Shown here piece after piece: positions 31,095 through 41,003 of a DNA stretch of 64,000 bases. The stretch comes from an uncultured Chlamydiae bacterium (GTDB taxonomy: Bacteria; Chlamydiota; Chlamydiia; Chlamydiales; Parachlamydiaceae): NCBI GenBank assembly GCA_963830365.1, contig CAWHMU010000018.1:1-64000 (forward strand), in the 5' to 3' direction. The position numbers and the translations under genes are program-made. The stretch's first letter is position 1, and each line of letters opens with the position of its first letter. The notes under the pieces are model-generated. The model was given only the letters and a program-made list of their open reading frames with translations, ran no database searches and had not been told where the DNA came from.

Positions 31095-31222
31095 ACTGTT
31101 ATACGCCCCTTAATTCAGATAAACTTATACCATGATCTAGAGAGAATTTGACAAAAAAACACCGTCTTTAATGTAATAAAAATACAATCATATCTTGACC
31201 CGCCAGACAAAAGGAAGCCATC

Positions 31223-32002
31223 ATGCGCAGCAAACTATTCATTATTACATACTTAACCCTCTGCTTCATCGCCCTCCCTTCAGACATGTGCCTGGCTGAA
31301 AACATGCCGGCTACACAGCCAAAGGCAACGGCCCAAAATACCGACTATCTACTGCTGATTGTGGGATGCGGCCGCAGCGGCACTGGATATATATCGACGC
31401 TCTTGCGCGAGTGCGGACTTGATATCGGCCATGAAGTACTTGGTGTAGACGGCACATCAAACTGGTTCTGGACGTTTGATTCAAGCATAAACTGTAAATA
31501 CCATTATAAGCACATTTTCCACCAAATTAGAAATCCTCTTGATGTCATCTCATCATGGTATAATAATAAAATCGACTATCCTGATATGTGGAAATTCATT
31601 AGTAGTCATGCTCCTGAAATAGATCCCAATGAGACATTCCTCGTACGCTGCGCCAAATTCTGGTATTACTGGAATGTCGCCGCCGAAAAAAAGGCCGAAT
31701 GGAGTTATCGCGTTGAAGATATAGATGAGGTTATTTCTGAATTCATAAGTCGCTTGCAAGTGCCCTTGCAGCTGGAGAAGTTACAGCTGGTGAAAAAGGA
31801 CTATAACCACTGGCAGCCGATCAAAAATAAAATCACCTGGCAGGATTTGAAAATGGCGTTGTCCGAAGAGGACTTCACCAACGTGCAGCTTTTAGCCTTA
31901 AAGTATGGCTACGCTATTGAAGATACTACCGGAAGCATCAAATTATTCACTCACAAGCGTACATCTCACCCTTTGTCAAACCAAAAAGGTTTATCGGATT
32001 GA
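31223..32002 (+). CDS. Sulfotransferase-like protein with signal peptide, copy 1
   Basis: VGCGRSGTGY (5'-PSB-like), RNPLDVISS (3'-PB-like), YRVED. Confidence 0.7.
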   Translation: MRSKLFIITYLTLCFIALPSDMCLAENMPATQPKATAQNTDYLLLIVGCGRSGTGYISTLLRECGLDIGHEVLGVDGTSNWFWTFDSSINCKYHYKHIFHQIRNPLDVISSWYNNKIDYPDMWKFISSHAPEIDPNETFLVRCAKFWYYWNVAAEKKAEWSYRVEDIDEVISEFISRLQVPLQLEKLQLVKKDYNHWQPIKNKITWQDLKMALSEEDFTNVQLLALKYGYAIEDTTGSIKLFTHKRTSHPLSNQKGLSD

Positions 32003-32403
32003 GTGGGTTTGATCGGCACAAAGGAGCGTACATTAAATAAATCCCATACCCATGCCGTGGGAGGGTTATTTGTACGCCATGCTGCCACAGACAACAAATA
32101 CTCTTCAGGATATAAAGTCATTGCTGGATGAACAAGTGCTGTTAATCTATACCACTCACGAATCAACGCATGTGCTTTTGGGTGACTAAAAGAGACGCCA
32201 ATTGAGCCGGCTATCACATGAGGAATGCGAGTCAGACAATCGATGGTAAGTCCGCTAGCAAAGGCACGCCCTGTGATAAAGAATGGCTGCCTGCCATCTT
32301 GGGCCAGTTTGGTCAGGTATCTCACTACCCTCGGCGGCATGGTATGCTGACGCGAATCGGCTGTAATGGTGCCGTCGATATCGAGGGCGATCGTCCCGTT
32401 CAT
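31966..32403 (-). pseudogene. Duplicated 5' fragment of the HAD gene fused to unrelated sequence
   Basis: First ~49 codons nearly identical to the 29749..30591 gene, then unrelated. Confidence 0.7.
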
Positions 32404-32473
32404 GGCTCAACCTATTGATCTTATAAATGAAATAAAACAGCACAACCTTACAAAAATAGACATTGTAAAATTC

Positions 32474-32646
32474 ACCTGTATTCACCCTTCCAGTCTGAAA
32501 ACTTGATTGAGCATGACAAGCCCTCTCTCTGTTCTCTGTGAGCGCTGTGTTGTAAATTTTAAAAAACACAGCGCTCACAGAGAACAGAGAGAGGAAAGAA
32601 GCAATTTCTTATCACCGCACATTTTCCTGGTAAGGTTAACAAGGTC
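32474..32646. mobile_element. MITE with 8-bp target duplication TAAAATTC
   Basis: TAAAATTC at 32466-32473 and 32647-32654. A single TAAAATTC sits at the paralogous site 30654-30661. Confidence 0.82.
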
Positions 32647-32789
32647 TAAAATTCGCCGCCGCACCGGGCCACAAAAAATCAAGTCGGAGCAGTTATGCAC
32701 CTCTTATTTAGATGAACTAAATTGGACTGATATGGCAAAAGAAAAATATGCAAATCTTATCTTGACCCATCAGTCAAAAGGAAGTCGTC

Positions 32790-33494
32790 ATGCGCAATAA
32801 ACTCTTCATTCTTACATACTTAGCCCTATGCTTCATCGTCCTCCCTTCAGACATGTGCCTGGCTAACAACATGCCGGCTACCCAGCCAAAGGCAACGGCC
32901 GAAAATACCGACTATCTACTGCTGATTGTGGGATGCGGCCGCAGCGGCACTGGATATATATCGACGCTCTTACGGGAATGCGGACTGGATATCGGCCATG
33001 AAGTCCTTGGTGTAGACGGCACATCAAACTGGTTCTGGACGTTTGATTCAAGCATAAACTGTAAATACCATTATAAGCACATTTTCCACCAAATTAGAAA
33101 TCCTCTTGATGTCATCTCATCATGGTATAATAACGAAATCGACCATTCTTATATTTGGATATTCATTTGTAGTCATGTTCCTGAAATAGATTCCAATGAA
33201 CCATTCCTCGTACGCTGCGCCAAATACTGGTATTACTGGAATCTCGCCGCCGAAAAAAAGGCCGAATGGAGCTATCGCGTTGAAGATATAGATGCGGTTA
33301 TTTCTGAATTCCAAAGCCGCTTGCAAGTGCCCTTGCAAGTGGAGAAGTTACAGATGGTGACAAAGGACTATAACCACTGGCAGCCGATCAAAAATAAAAT
33401 CACCTGGCAGCAGTTGAAAATGGCGTTGTCCGAAGAGGACTTCACCAACGTGCAGCTTTTAGCCTTAAAGTATGGCTACGCTATTGAAGATTAA
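32790..33494 (+). CDS. Sulfotransferase-like protein with signal peptide, copy 2
   Basis: Close paralog of 31223..32002 with the same motifs. Confidence 0.7.
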   Translation: MRNKLFILTYLALCFIVLPSDMCLANNMPATQPKATAENTDYLLLIVGCGRSGTGYISTLLRECGLDIGHEVLGVDGTSNWFWTFDSSINCKYHYKHIFHQIRNPLDVISSWYNNEIDHSYIWIFICSHVPEIDSNEPFLVRCAKYWYYWNLAAEKKAEWSYRVEDIDAVISEFQSRLQVPLQVEKLQMVTKDYNHWQPIKNKITWQQLKMALSEEDFTNVQLLALKYGYAIED

Positions 33495-33568
33495 GCTATA
33501 CCACGCGCTGTCAGGCTGCATATGCCGCACAACTTAAACCGCGTGTGGTATATACCAGGATCTATAGC

Positions 33569-34477
33569 CTACAAATTATTATCCGTCAGGGCTCGCGGCA
33601 TCGTGGAAACGACATCTTCTCTAACAGTGTACATGCTGATATCGTTGGGCAGATAGAAATCCATATCATAGGGTAGGAAAATCTTAAACTCTTTGATAAA
33701 CTTAAGAATCTTCTTTATGCCTGATCGTCGCACAATCATCGAATAAGTTCCATAGCGGGCGCCAATTTTTCTAAATTCTGCACTAACGTCTTTCCTTTCG
33801 CCAAACCTTTCCGGATTCTTGGGTGTGAAATTAGGCCTCCATGCATAACTGAAGCAGGGAACATACTCCCCCCTGGAATTTTTTGTATCCTGGTCTGTAA
33901 ATAGGATGTCCCAGCGCTTGCCTAACAGATCATCAAGCTTGTTAATAAGGCTTGGGATGGTATTGGGATCCTTGATGATTTGAATGTCATCTTCCATCAC
34001 CCAAATCGTCTCATAACCTGCATCATAAGCATCCTGCAGTACCGACAGATGACTAAGCGCAATAGCAATGGGGGCACGTCCCATGCAGTAGGTGAAATAA
34101 TTCCTGCCGACCACATGTAAAATATCATGAAATGGCTTCAAATCGCCGCCCGGCAAATAACTTGTTCCCAAATGCCCGCTTTCCATCCAAGGTTCATATG
34201 TGACGCCGACATCATTGATCACATCCAGCGTCAGCTTCCGCCCATCCACCGCAGAAACTCTAAACGGATATATCCCATAAGGGCTTAACTGCTCAGCACA
34301 GGAGGCAAACTTTTCGGGCCTGCTATCCAGATTGATCATATAAATAAAATCAATATTTGCCATCTGGTGCGCCTGGGGATCCGACTTATCAAATCCCCTG
34401 CTTAAATTATCCTCTACAGTGCCAAATAGCGGATTGAGGCATAGGGCTGAAAGTAAAACAATTAAGCGATTGATCAT
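33569..34477 (-). CDS. Glycosyltransferase family 25
   Basis: IYMINLDSRPEK, SAVDG, LSHL, VMEDD. Start moved to MINRL. Confidence 0.8.
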   Translation of the reverse strand: MINRLIVLLSALCLNPLFGTVEDNLSRGFDKSDPQAHQMANIDFIYMINLDSRPEKFASCAEQLSPYGIYPFRVSAVDGRKLTLDVINDVGVTYEPWMESGHLGTSYLPGGDLKPFHDILHVVGRNYFTYCMGRAPIAIALSHLSVLQDAYDAGYETIWVMEDDIQIIKDPNTIPSLINKLDDLLGKRWDILFTDQDTKNSRGEYVPCFSYAWRPNFTPKNPERFGERKDVSAEFRKIGARYGTYSMIVRRSGIKKILKFIKEFKIFLPYDMDFYLPNDISMYTVREDVVSTMPRALTDNNL

Positions 34478-34530
34478 GTATAATCCATACTTTAGTTTTT
34501 CAATTATTTCCTTGATATCCCGGATAAGCA

Positions 34531-35439
34531 TTATCCGTCGGCATCTGGACGATTCGAAACGATATCCCTCGTACATGAATGGAGTGTAATGCCTGGCGGA
34601 TAACAATAATCAATGTCATATGGCCAAAAGACTTTGTAAGTCTTAAAGAAATTGAGGATTTTTTTCATGCCGGATCGCCTTACAATCATCGAATGCGCTC
34701 CATACCGAGCACCCTGGATGACAAAGTCCTTACCTACCGGAATCCTTCTATAGTAATACTCTGCAGGTTGAATCTGGAAATTAGGTTTCTGACTGGCCCC
34801 TAAGCAAGGCACCCTTTCACCATTATAACCTTTTATATCGGGATCTGTAAAAAACACGTCCCAACGGGGGCAAAGAGCATCTAATTTGACAATCAAATCC
34901 GAAAGTTCATTTGGATCGCTTAGGGTTTGGATATCATCTTCCATCACCCATATGGTTTTATAGCCGGAGTCATAGGCATCTTGAAGTACAGATAAATGGC
35001 TTAAGACGATTCCCATTGCACCACGAGAAAGGCAATGGCTGAAATACGTTACGCCTCTTTCCTTGATTATTTCATGACTTTCATAGAGGTTTCCATCCTT
35101 GGTGTGATAGACAGCCCCCATGGCTCCAGAATGCATTGTATCCGGATCAAACTTTACTCCTATTTCAGTGATCGTATGAAAGTCTAACTTCCATCCATTG
35201 ACAGCCGAAAAACGATAAGGAATGATGCCATATGGAGTTAAATCTGCTAAAGATTGCGCAAACTTATCAGATCTTTCATCTACATTTATCATATAGATGA
35301 AGTCGATATTGCGCATGTTGTGTTGACTTCCTTTATTTTCCGCTTTGTGGAAAAACTCCTCCAATCCAGCTTCAAGATAATGAAAGGATAGGCAAGAAAA
35401 CGTAAACAGTATTCGAATGATTGAACAAATTTTCATCAA
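34531..35439 (-). CDS. Glycosyltransferase family 25
   Basis: IYMINVDERSDK, FSAVNG, LSHL, VMEDD. Confidence 0.8.
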   Translation of the reverse strand: MMKICSIIRILFTFSCLSFHYLEAGLEEFFHKAENKGSQHNMRNIDFIYMINVDERSDKFAQSLADLTPYGIIPYRFSAVNGWKLDFHTITEIGVKFDPDTMHSGAMGAVYHTKDGNLYESHEIIKERGVTYFSHCLSRGAMGIVLSHLSVLQDAYDSGYKTIWVMEDDIQTLSDPNELSDLIVKLDALCPRWDVFFTDPDIKGYNGERVPCLGASQKPNFQIQPAEYYYRRIPVGKDFVIQGARYGAHSMIVRRSGMKKILNFFKTYKVFWPYDIDYCYPPGITLHSCTRDIVSNRPDADG

Positions 35440-36212
35440 TTAACTTCATTAAATAATGCATTGTAGATTTCAGATCTTATAAAAATTGCATCCCCTTGCA
35501 ACCCCTTGAGATACCAATGAGAGAGAAGTTTAAATCCAGAACTTTCAAGGAATGACCGCAACTCTTGATATCCCGTTGTGCCGATTCTAAAAGGATACAT
35601 ATTCGTTTCTGTATAAATAACCTTAACGGTATCTAAGATTTCAGGAGAACTTTTCAGAACTTGCAATTCCATCCCCTCCATATCGAGCCACATAAAATCG
35701 ATGTGATCCACTCCATTCTGCTTGCACCAATCATCCAATAACACACATGTGATTTCAATCCGAGGCCCACCATAATGAATCTCCATGGATTCAGAAGGGG
35801 GCAATAACGAACTTGCGCCTTCAAATTCAGGATTATTACCTTCGGTTCCATAGCACACGTAGAATAATGCTGTCCCTGGATTATCGCTAAGACCAAAATT
35901 GTACAAGGACACATTTTCAAGGCCGGCAGTTTGCTTTGCGAGTTTTTCAAAAGCTGATGGATTTGGTTCAAATGCTAAAACCCGACTTAACGGCCATAGC
36001 TTGTAGAAATTTACAGTATCAAGTCCGTAATGAGCTCCGGCCTCTAAAATAATCGGATTAGATGGTAGGAATTTCGAAATCAAATTTAGTCGATCGTTTC
36101 TATACTCTTCAAAAACGCCTTCAAAACAATACGGATAAGGCTCTTCCGCTGCATAAGACTTAGAGAAACAAGGAGAAGTCATTAGTGATATCAGAAAGAA
36201 AAAACGAAACAT
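35436..36212 (-). CDS. FkbM family methyltransferase
   Basis: EAGAHYG, AFEPNP, LDDW, WLDMEGME. Start moved to MFRFF. Confidence 0.85.
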   Translation of the reverse strand: MFRFFFLISLMTSPCFSKSYAAEEPYPYCFEGVFEEYRNDRLNLISKFLPSNPIILEAGAHYGLDTVNFYKLWPLSRVLAFEPNPSAFEKLAKQTAGLENVSLYNFGLSDNPGTALFYVCYGTEGNNPEFEGASSLLPPSESMEIHYGGPRIEITCVLLDDWCKQNGVDHIDFMWLDMEGMELQVLKSSPEILDTVKVIYTETNMYPFRIGTTGYQELRSFLESSGFKLLSHWYLKGLQGDAIFIRSEIYNALFNEVN

Positions 36213-36280
36213 AAACATCTCCATATGTAATTGAGGGCATCGTGATTGAATTTTTAATTGTTGTAAATAAAATTTTCCAT

Positions 36281-37126
36281 TCACCGGATCCCATGCATCA
36301 AATCCGCATTTGTCGTATCCGACACAGTACTTTGAGTCCATATGCTGATTATGTCTCTGGTCGTGGAATATTCACGGATATTGGGCACATAGTGAATATC
36401 GATGTCAATATGAGTCCAAACGTATACATGCGTAAAATAATCCAGTATTTTTTTTATTCCTTTCCGAGAAATTATCACGGAATACATTCCAAATCGTTGC
36501 CCAATTTTCATTATTTCATTATTTATCGGCACTCTTTCTGTATAGTGGCCTAATGGCAGATATTGCTGATCGGGTCGAAAATCCGCGGATGCCGACACAA
36601 CATATTCCCCTTGATTATTTTTTGAATCTAAATCGGTATAGAAAACATCCCAATCAGGATCGATGTCATAAAGACTTGTCAACAAGGCCGGAATTTGCCT
36701 AACATCTTCAACAAACTCTATATCATCTTCACAGACCCAGATCACCTCGAAATTCCTTTTAGACGCATCATTAATAATTGAAACATGACTTAAAAGGCAT
36801 CCTAAATGCCCTTTAAATAAACGCACCGGATAAGGCCCTGCAACTTCTTCTTGTATTTCATCGGCAAGATTCCATCCATTAATCCCAAAGACTCTATTGC
36901 CATGCAGCCCCCTTTGATCCAGAAGGGCCTTCATTCTATCCCATTTTTGAGGCCTCTCTGCAAGGTTAAGTACATAGATGCAGTCTATCAACTCGATCCC
37001 TGATTTCATTTCTGTAATTTCAATGGGCTTCAAGTATTTTGCGACAGGGGTTGTATAGGAATATATAATCGAATTGAGATCAAAAACAAAAAAATTGACC
37101 ACAATAAAAAAAAGAAATTTACGCAT
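36281..37126 (-). CDS. Glycosyltransferase family 25
   Basis: IYVLNLAERPQKW, GCLLSH, VCEDD. Confidence 0.8.
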   Translation of the reverse strand: MRKFLFFIVVNFFVFDLNSIIYSYTTPVAKYLKPIEITEMKSGIELIDCIYVLNLAERPQKWDRMKALLDQRGLHGNRVFGINGWNLADEIQEEVAGPYPVRLFKGHLGCLLSHVSIINDASKRNFEVIWVCEDDIEFVEDVRQIPALLTSLYDIDPDWDVFYTDLDSKNNQGEYVVSASADFRPDQQYLPLGHYTERVPINNEIMKIGQRFGMYSVIISRKGIKKILDYFTHVYVWTHIDIDIHYVPNIREYSTTRDIISIWTQSTVSDTTNADLMHGIR

Positions 37127-37174
37127 CGTCCTTCAATCCATTCATAAGCATTTCATGTAAAGTTTATCCTCTGA

Positions 37175-38215
37175 TCAATCGTCTGTCTGCACGGGCAGGA
37201 GGCTCTTAAGCAACAGCTCCTTATCCAACATTGCAATCCAGCACTGGCTATCGTCCCTTCCATAAGCTATCCATAGATGGCTGTCATCAAAAATAAAGCC
37301 GCCCGGAAAAATCACTTTTTTAAAGACGATAGTATCATCGTAAAATCCCCTGCCGACAATCGGCTGCGGGCTTGTGCGCGTAATGGCAAACGGCGGCTCG
37401 GCTGCAAAAGTATAGGCTCCCATAAAATAATGCCACATCGGCGCTTGATTGGAATTTGTTGTCACCACTTGGCATGAAGAATGAAAAATGCCCAGGTATT
37501 CATGGTCATTAAGCAACTGGGCAGGCACCCCCCCTCTCAACTGGCCGAAATCCCAGGCAGCTGTGCCGTTGGTGGCACGGAGCGTTTTACACCTTCCCTT
37601 TCCAATAGGCATCAAGATGCGATGTGGAAACAGGCTATAGGCCAGTAGAGTCTTGCCTTTAAAATCAAAAGGCGTCCAGTTCTTTTCCCAGCGGTTCCTA
37701 TTTTCACCATCAAATTTCCGCAACCATTCGGTGCCGATGACGGAAAAACTTATACCGTCATAAACAATCTCTGAAATACACATCCGGCGATCTTCGCCAT
37801 CGTTAACAGCCTCACTATCGTTATAGATGACATAAAGACGGTCGCCGATAGTATAGAGCCGGGCATCCTCCGACCGCGATGGAATATAAGGCTTTTCAAC
37901 CCTTGTATCAAGCAGCTGCGGTAGGCCCTTAAGATTAAAATCCTCATCGAGCCATACCAGGCCGATCTGGGAATGCCATAGGTTTTCAGGGTTGACAAGC
38001 ACCCTAAAACTCATCAAAAGGCCGCCACGCCATCTGACAAGCGAGGGATTGAACGCTGCCGGATAGTCGGGGATGACAATTTGCTTTTCTTCCAATACGA
38101 AATCCTGAGCCATCTTGCCATAATCAAGCACGGCAGCAAAGCCCGATGAAAAAGATATCAAAAGAGAATAACAAAAAAAGATCCGATAGAGGATGTTAAA
38201 CTCCATGCGTTTCAT
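37175..38215 (-). CDS. Beta-propeller glycosidase/phosphorylase-like (GH130/GT108-like) protein
   Basis: FNPSL, SEDARL, EKNWTPF, VIFPGG, AYGRDD. Start at MKRMEF after an AGAGGAG RBS. Confidence 0.7.
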   Translation of the reverse strand: MKRMEFNILYRIFFCYSLLISFSSGFAAVLDYGKMAQDFVLEEKQIVIPDYPAAFNPSLVRWRGGLLMSFRVLVNPENLWHSQIGLVWLDEDFNLKGLPQLLDTRVEKPYIPSRSEDARLYTIGDRLYVIYNDSEAVNDGEDRRMCISEIVYDGISFSVIGTEWLRKFDGENRNRWEKNWTPFDFKGKTLLAYSLFPHRILMPIGKGRCKTLRATNGTAAWDFGQLRGGVPAQLLNDHEYLGIFHSSCQVVTTNSNQAPMWHYFMGAYTFAAEPPFAITRTSPQPIVGRGFYDDTIVFKKVIFPGGFIFDDSHLWIAYGRDDSQCWIAMLDKELLLKSLLPVQTDD

Positions 38216-38263
38216 AATGCCCGCTCCTCTACTATATTTCCGATCCTTTTTATTGAATACGCT

Positions 38264-38356
38264 TATACTCATGTGATCTAGTGAGAATTTGACATATTGG
38301 ACCGCGGGAGCTTTCGCACAGTCCAATATGTCAAATTCTCACTAGATCATGGTATA
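38264..38356. mobile_element. Palindromic element with TATAC/GTATA ends
   Basis: TGATCTAGTGAGAATTTGACATATTGG / CCAATATGTCAAATTCTCACTAGATCA. Solo ends near 31126 and 59933. Confidence 0.7.
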
Positions 38357-38358
38357 TC

Positions 38359-39033
38359 TTAATTCTTAAGCCAAACACCCCAGATATTTGCATCTTTGAC
38401 AAGCGCAACCTGCTGGCAATTTTCGTTCAACCACTGCACGGCTTTGGCTGTCGTCGGCCAATCCACATCATCAAATATGATGATACCGCCCTTGCGGACT
38501 AACGGAGCCCATTTGGTTACATCCTTATACGCCATTTCTTCACAATGGTTGCCGTCAATATGAATTAAGTCGATATCATAAATGGGAGGCGCTTCGGTCG
38601 AGGTGGCACGGATCACTGAAATTTGCTTCTGCAGCTTGAATTCACGCACTTTCTTAAGGAAATCATTCATAATCTTCTCATGATCAAGCTTTGCCCACCA
38701 ATCGAGATTGATATCCTCCATGCCCACAGCCGAAATATCACTCTTCCATGGATCGATGCCATAGGCAATGCCGCTGCCGGTCTGTTTCAGTGCATATGCC
38801 ATGGGAACAAACGATTTCCCGCCATAGATGCCGACTTCAACAACTGTTTGAGGCTGCATGGTTAAAATCAAATCGATCAAGACCGACGCTTTAAGCCTTG
38901 AACACCAGCCCTCAAGCTGGTCCATCATTAGATACGCTGCATCCTTGATTTTTTGGCTTTCACTTTGATTTATCGCCTGCCGGACGACATATTCATAGAC
39001 GCTTTTGGGCGTCTCCTGCACTGCATAATCCAT
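38359..39033 (-). CDS. Class I SAM-dependent methyltransferase (Methyltransf_24-like)
   Basis: VEVGIYGGKS, GIDPW, IHIDGNH, GGIIIFDD. Confidence 0.85.
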   Translation of the reverse strand: MDYAVQETPKSVYEYVVRQAINQSESQKIKDAAYLMMDQLEGWCSRLKASVLIDLILTMQPQTVVEVGIYGGKSFVPMAYALKQTGSGIAYGIDPWKSDISAVGMEDINLDWWAKLDHEKIMNDFLKKVREFKLQKQISVIRATSTEAPPIYDIDLIHIDGNHCEEMAYKDVTKWAPLVRKGGIIIFDDVDWPTTAKAVQWLNENCQQVALVKDANIWGVWLKN

Positions 39034-39295
39034 AAATCCCCCTACATTGGCGTTAAAACAACATGATGGAAAGCAAATCACTTTTTGCTTCTCTTGTCAT
39101 CACATAAAAGTTATAAATTACTAAAGGAGATGGACGTTTTTTGCAAACTTATTTTCAAACATTCTTTCTGTCCGTCACTTGGAAGGTCTCAATAACGCCT
39201 GGGTGATTGATTCCCAGGATTGGGGTCTGCTTTTGAGGACTTATGGATTGTATCCAATATTTTTTTTGTATATCATGCCGAAAGGTTATTAAATA

Positions 39296-39470
39296 GGCCG
39301 CGTTCATCCTTTCGGTCAAAAAAGTTGATTGATTGCGACAATCCCCTCTCTATGCCTCTGTGGGCGCCGTGGTGGTGAATTTTTAAAACCACAGCGCCCA
39401 CAGATATCACAGCGAAGAGGGAAGGAAATTATCGTGACTGACACATTTCCCTATGACGGTGATCAAGGCC
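39296..39470. mobile_element. MITE of the 17515/17703 family with a degenerate 8-bp duplication
   Basis: Ends GGCCGCGTTCATC / GGTGATCAAGGCC. Flanks ATTAAATA vs ATCAAACA. Confidence 0.7.
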
Positions 39471-39497
39471 ATCAAACACTCTTTATTGGAAATTATC

Positions 39498-40019
39498 ATG
39501 CACAGACTTCTTTCCCTGCTAACGGCTTTATTTCTCATCCTGCAAGCCACCTGCTTGCAAGCCGATGCAGACCCAGCATCATCCTCAAAGCCTGCGCCAC
39601 AAATACAAACCATTCCGGTGCCTCCTCTGGATAATGAGCCTGTCTTCCCTTTGAATATTGAAGAGCCTGCCAGGCAGAACGAGAAATTTTTCACCGAATT
39701 CCTCAATATGCTGGCCACGCTGGGTTTTATCATCGCCCTGATTCTTATTATCGCCTGGTTTTTAAAACGCCTGATGAATACACGTTTGGAACAGATGAAC
39801 AGCACAAGCCTGATCAAGGTGGTGGAAAGGCGTACCCTCTCGCCTAAGACATCACTATACCTGCTCGAAGTCGATGATAAAACCATTCTAATTGCCGAAA
39901 CCAATCACGGTGTGACATGCCTTTCTGAATACGTCACACCGGTGGAAGAGCCTGAAAATGCGCCAACGACCGAATTTCCCTCTCCTTTCAGCAAAATGCT
40001 GGAAAAGAACAAGGGTTAA
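39498..40019 (+). CDS. fliO: FliO/MopB family protein
   Basis: Signal peptide, TM helix LGFIIALILIIAWFLKR, then IKVVERRTLSPKTSLYLLEVDDKTILIA. Confidence 0.75.
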   Translation: MHRLLSLLTALFLILQATCLQADADPASSSKPAPQIQTIPVPPLDNEPVFPLNIEEPARQNEKFFTEFLNMLATLGFIIALILIIAWFLKRLMNTRLEQMNSTSLIKVVERRTLSPKTSLYLLEVDDKTILIAETNHGVTCLSEYVTPVEEPENAPTTEFPSPFSKMLEKNKG

Positions 40020-40144
40020 CAGCGGCGCTGGATGATAGCTTACTTGATCACGGTATAGCAGTAGTCTGTGAATGCGCTTTAACGCAGACACGTAGCGGTC
40101 TACAAGTAATCATGGTATCGCTTGATTTGATGAGTGTCTAATTA

Positions 40145-40690
40145 CGGCTTGTGCCTTTGGTGCGCCACGAGGCTAGTCGTTACCCACAACCATCAATCAA
40201 ATATTTTAAGTCATTTTTTTGGCCATCATCGCCTATTCGGTCAAGAAAGCAAAAAGAGAGGAACTCCTACGGAGTTAAATGCAATTACTCGTTTTTCCGT
40301 AGTTGCGGCTGTCTTCGCTTTCGCTCGCGAGCCTTAACTACGGGCTACAAAGAGATCAATCTACAAAACCTCAAAAGAACTCATGCCTATGTAGCAGCAG
40401 AGAAGGTAGATTAATAGATCTTATTGTGAATATATTTCAAAGCTTTTTTGTTGGCGGAACTTATCTCTTTGTAGCCCGTGGCTAAGGCGTGCGAGCGAAA
40501 GCGAAGACACCCGCAGCTACGGGAAAACGCATATTCTTGTTTAACTCCGTAGGAGTTCCTCTCTTTTTACTTTGATGATCGAATATTTTCCCTACGAAGA
40601 TGATAATGGGGAAAAAAATGACTTAAAATATTCGATTGATAGTTGTGGGTAACGACAAGGCCACGAGGCGCACCAAAAGAACAAGCAGCG
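40145..40690. repeat. ~550-bp imperfect inverted repeat (arms ~215 bp)
   Basis: 40145-40360 mirrors 40462-40690 (GTCGTTACCCACAAC/GTTGTGGGTAACGAC, GGAACTCCTACGGAGTTAA/TTAACTCCGTAGGAGTTCC, GGGCTACAAAGAGAT/ATCTCTTTGTAGCCC). Confidence 0.9.
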
Positions 40691-41003
40691 CAATAGGAAT
40701 AAACAAAGGAACTAAGCCTTTACCTTCTCCCCAAACAACAAATCATAAGACGCTTAGTATCTCTGTGTGGCATTTCACGTTATTTTCCGATATGGATTAG
40801 GTTGCTCGCGGCTCCGCTTGGCCCTGACTTTTTCTATACACCAATTTTTCTTAGCGAGCATGGCTGGCTATCCTGTCTCATGCCATCATGCGCCACCTGT
40901 AGCAGGTGAACAAGGCTTGAAAATTTTATTGCATCTTGTGAAAAAAGAATTAACACCCTAAAATAAACCCAAATTAAAACAGCCTTACCTCAAGAGATCT
41001 GCC

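Noticed and set aside
38216..38326. N-terminal extension of the GH130-like ORF (similarly 39453-39497 for fliO)
   Set aside because: The upstream starts fall inside repeat elements, and better starts lie downstream.
40020..40130. Possible structured ncRNA after fliO
   Set aside because: Some pairing potential, but no recognisable family motif. It may be a decayed repeat.
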